Shown: positions 63,431-64,000 of the stretch, in pieces
Layout of the letters: the number at the start of each line of letters is the position of its first letter
How positions within the stretch are numbered: position 1 is the stretch's first letter
Origin: Eledone cirrhosa
Taxonomy: Eukaryota
NCBI GenBank assembly: GCA_964016885.1
Contig: OZ024744.1
Coordinates: 41,354,001-41,418,000 of the forward strand
DNA length: 64,000 bases
Reading direction: 5' to 3'
Notes under the pieces: model-generated
Seen by the model: only the letters and a program-made list of their open reading frames with translations
What the model was told of the DNA's origin: nothing
Database searches by the model: none
Position numbers and translations under genes: made by a program

Positions 63431-64000
63431 TGGTGGAATAAACGACTAAATGGTCAAATCAGGGAAATGAGAAATGACATTGGAAAGCTTCAGTCCCTAC
63501 TGAATCGGACACTAAAAAACATAGACACTAAAAATAGACGGGAAATAAAGTACAAAATTAGGAGGAAAAAGCTAAATATTATAATAGAGGAACTGAAGCA
63601 ACGCATTGTAGCAAAGAGTGCAAAAATTAGGCGATACGAGAGCAGAGTCAGTCAGTATAGACAGAACCGCATGTTTGACAACAACCAGAAGAGGTTGTTT
63701 GGACAGCTTGAAGGGAAAGAAAGTGGCAACGACTTGATCCCTGAAGCGGAACAAACTAAGACATTCTGGAGAGGAACATGGGAGCAGGATGTTAAACATA
63801 ATGACCAGGCAGTGTGGATTGAGACAGTACAAAAGGAGATTAGTGAACAGGCACACCAACAAACTGATTTGAGTATCACAGTTGAAACTCTTAGGGGGCA
63901 GGCCAAAAAACTAACCAAATGGAAATCACCAGGCTCAGATGGTGTGCAGGGGTATTGGATTAAAAATATAACATCCCTCTATCCGAAACTGACAACCATG
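63431..64000 (+). mobile_element. R4/Dong-like LINE, same family as 11470-13862; continues beyond the window
   Basis: WWNKRL..QYRQNRMFDNNQKRLF..KSPG; 63745-64000 nearly matches 11495-11745. Confidence 0.9.

Overview
AT-rich, microsatellite-dense eukaryotic DNA, intronic or intergenic, made almost entirely of transposable elements. The SINE/LINE families resemble those of octopod cephalopods; this is from memory and not database-checked. It contains several RTE-clade LINEs, including one near full-length APE+RT copy at ~39.8-43.0 kb (-); the main RTE family carries a PHD-like finger inside the RT. It also has R4/Dong-like RT+restriction-like-endonuclease LINEs and Tx1-like LINEs associated with (AAT)n, two tRNA-derived SINE families, a decayed mariner, Helitron remnants, hAT/pogo/piggyBac-type MITEs and a 5.4-kb tandem array of a bipartite non-autonomous RTE derivative. 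A few small minus-strand exon candidates suggest an unidentified host gene. The main signal the ORF track does not explain is a dispersed set of minimal type I hammerhead-ribozyme motifs (best at 16934-16972, 53012-53066, 54465-54527, 49490-49532). They sit in non-coding Penelope-pLTR/retrozyme-like modules beside (TA)n tracts, some with tandem or inverted repeats. A second oddity is a head-to-head Tx1/Dong junction that occurs twice with different breakpoints. All alignments and RNA folds were done by eye.
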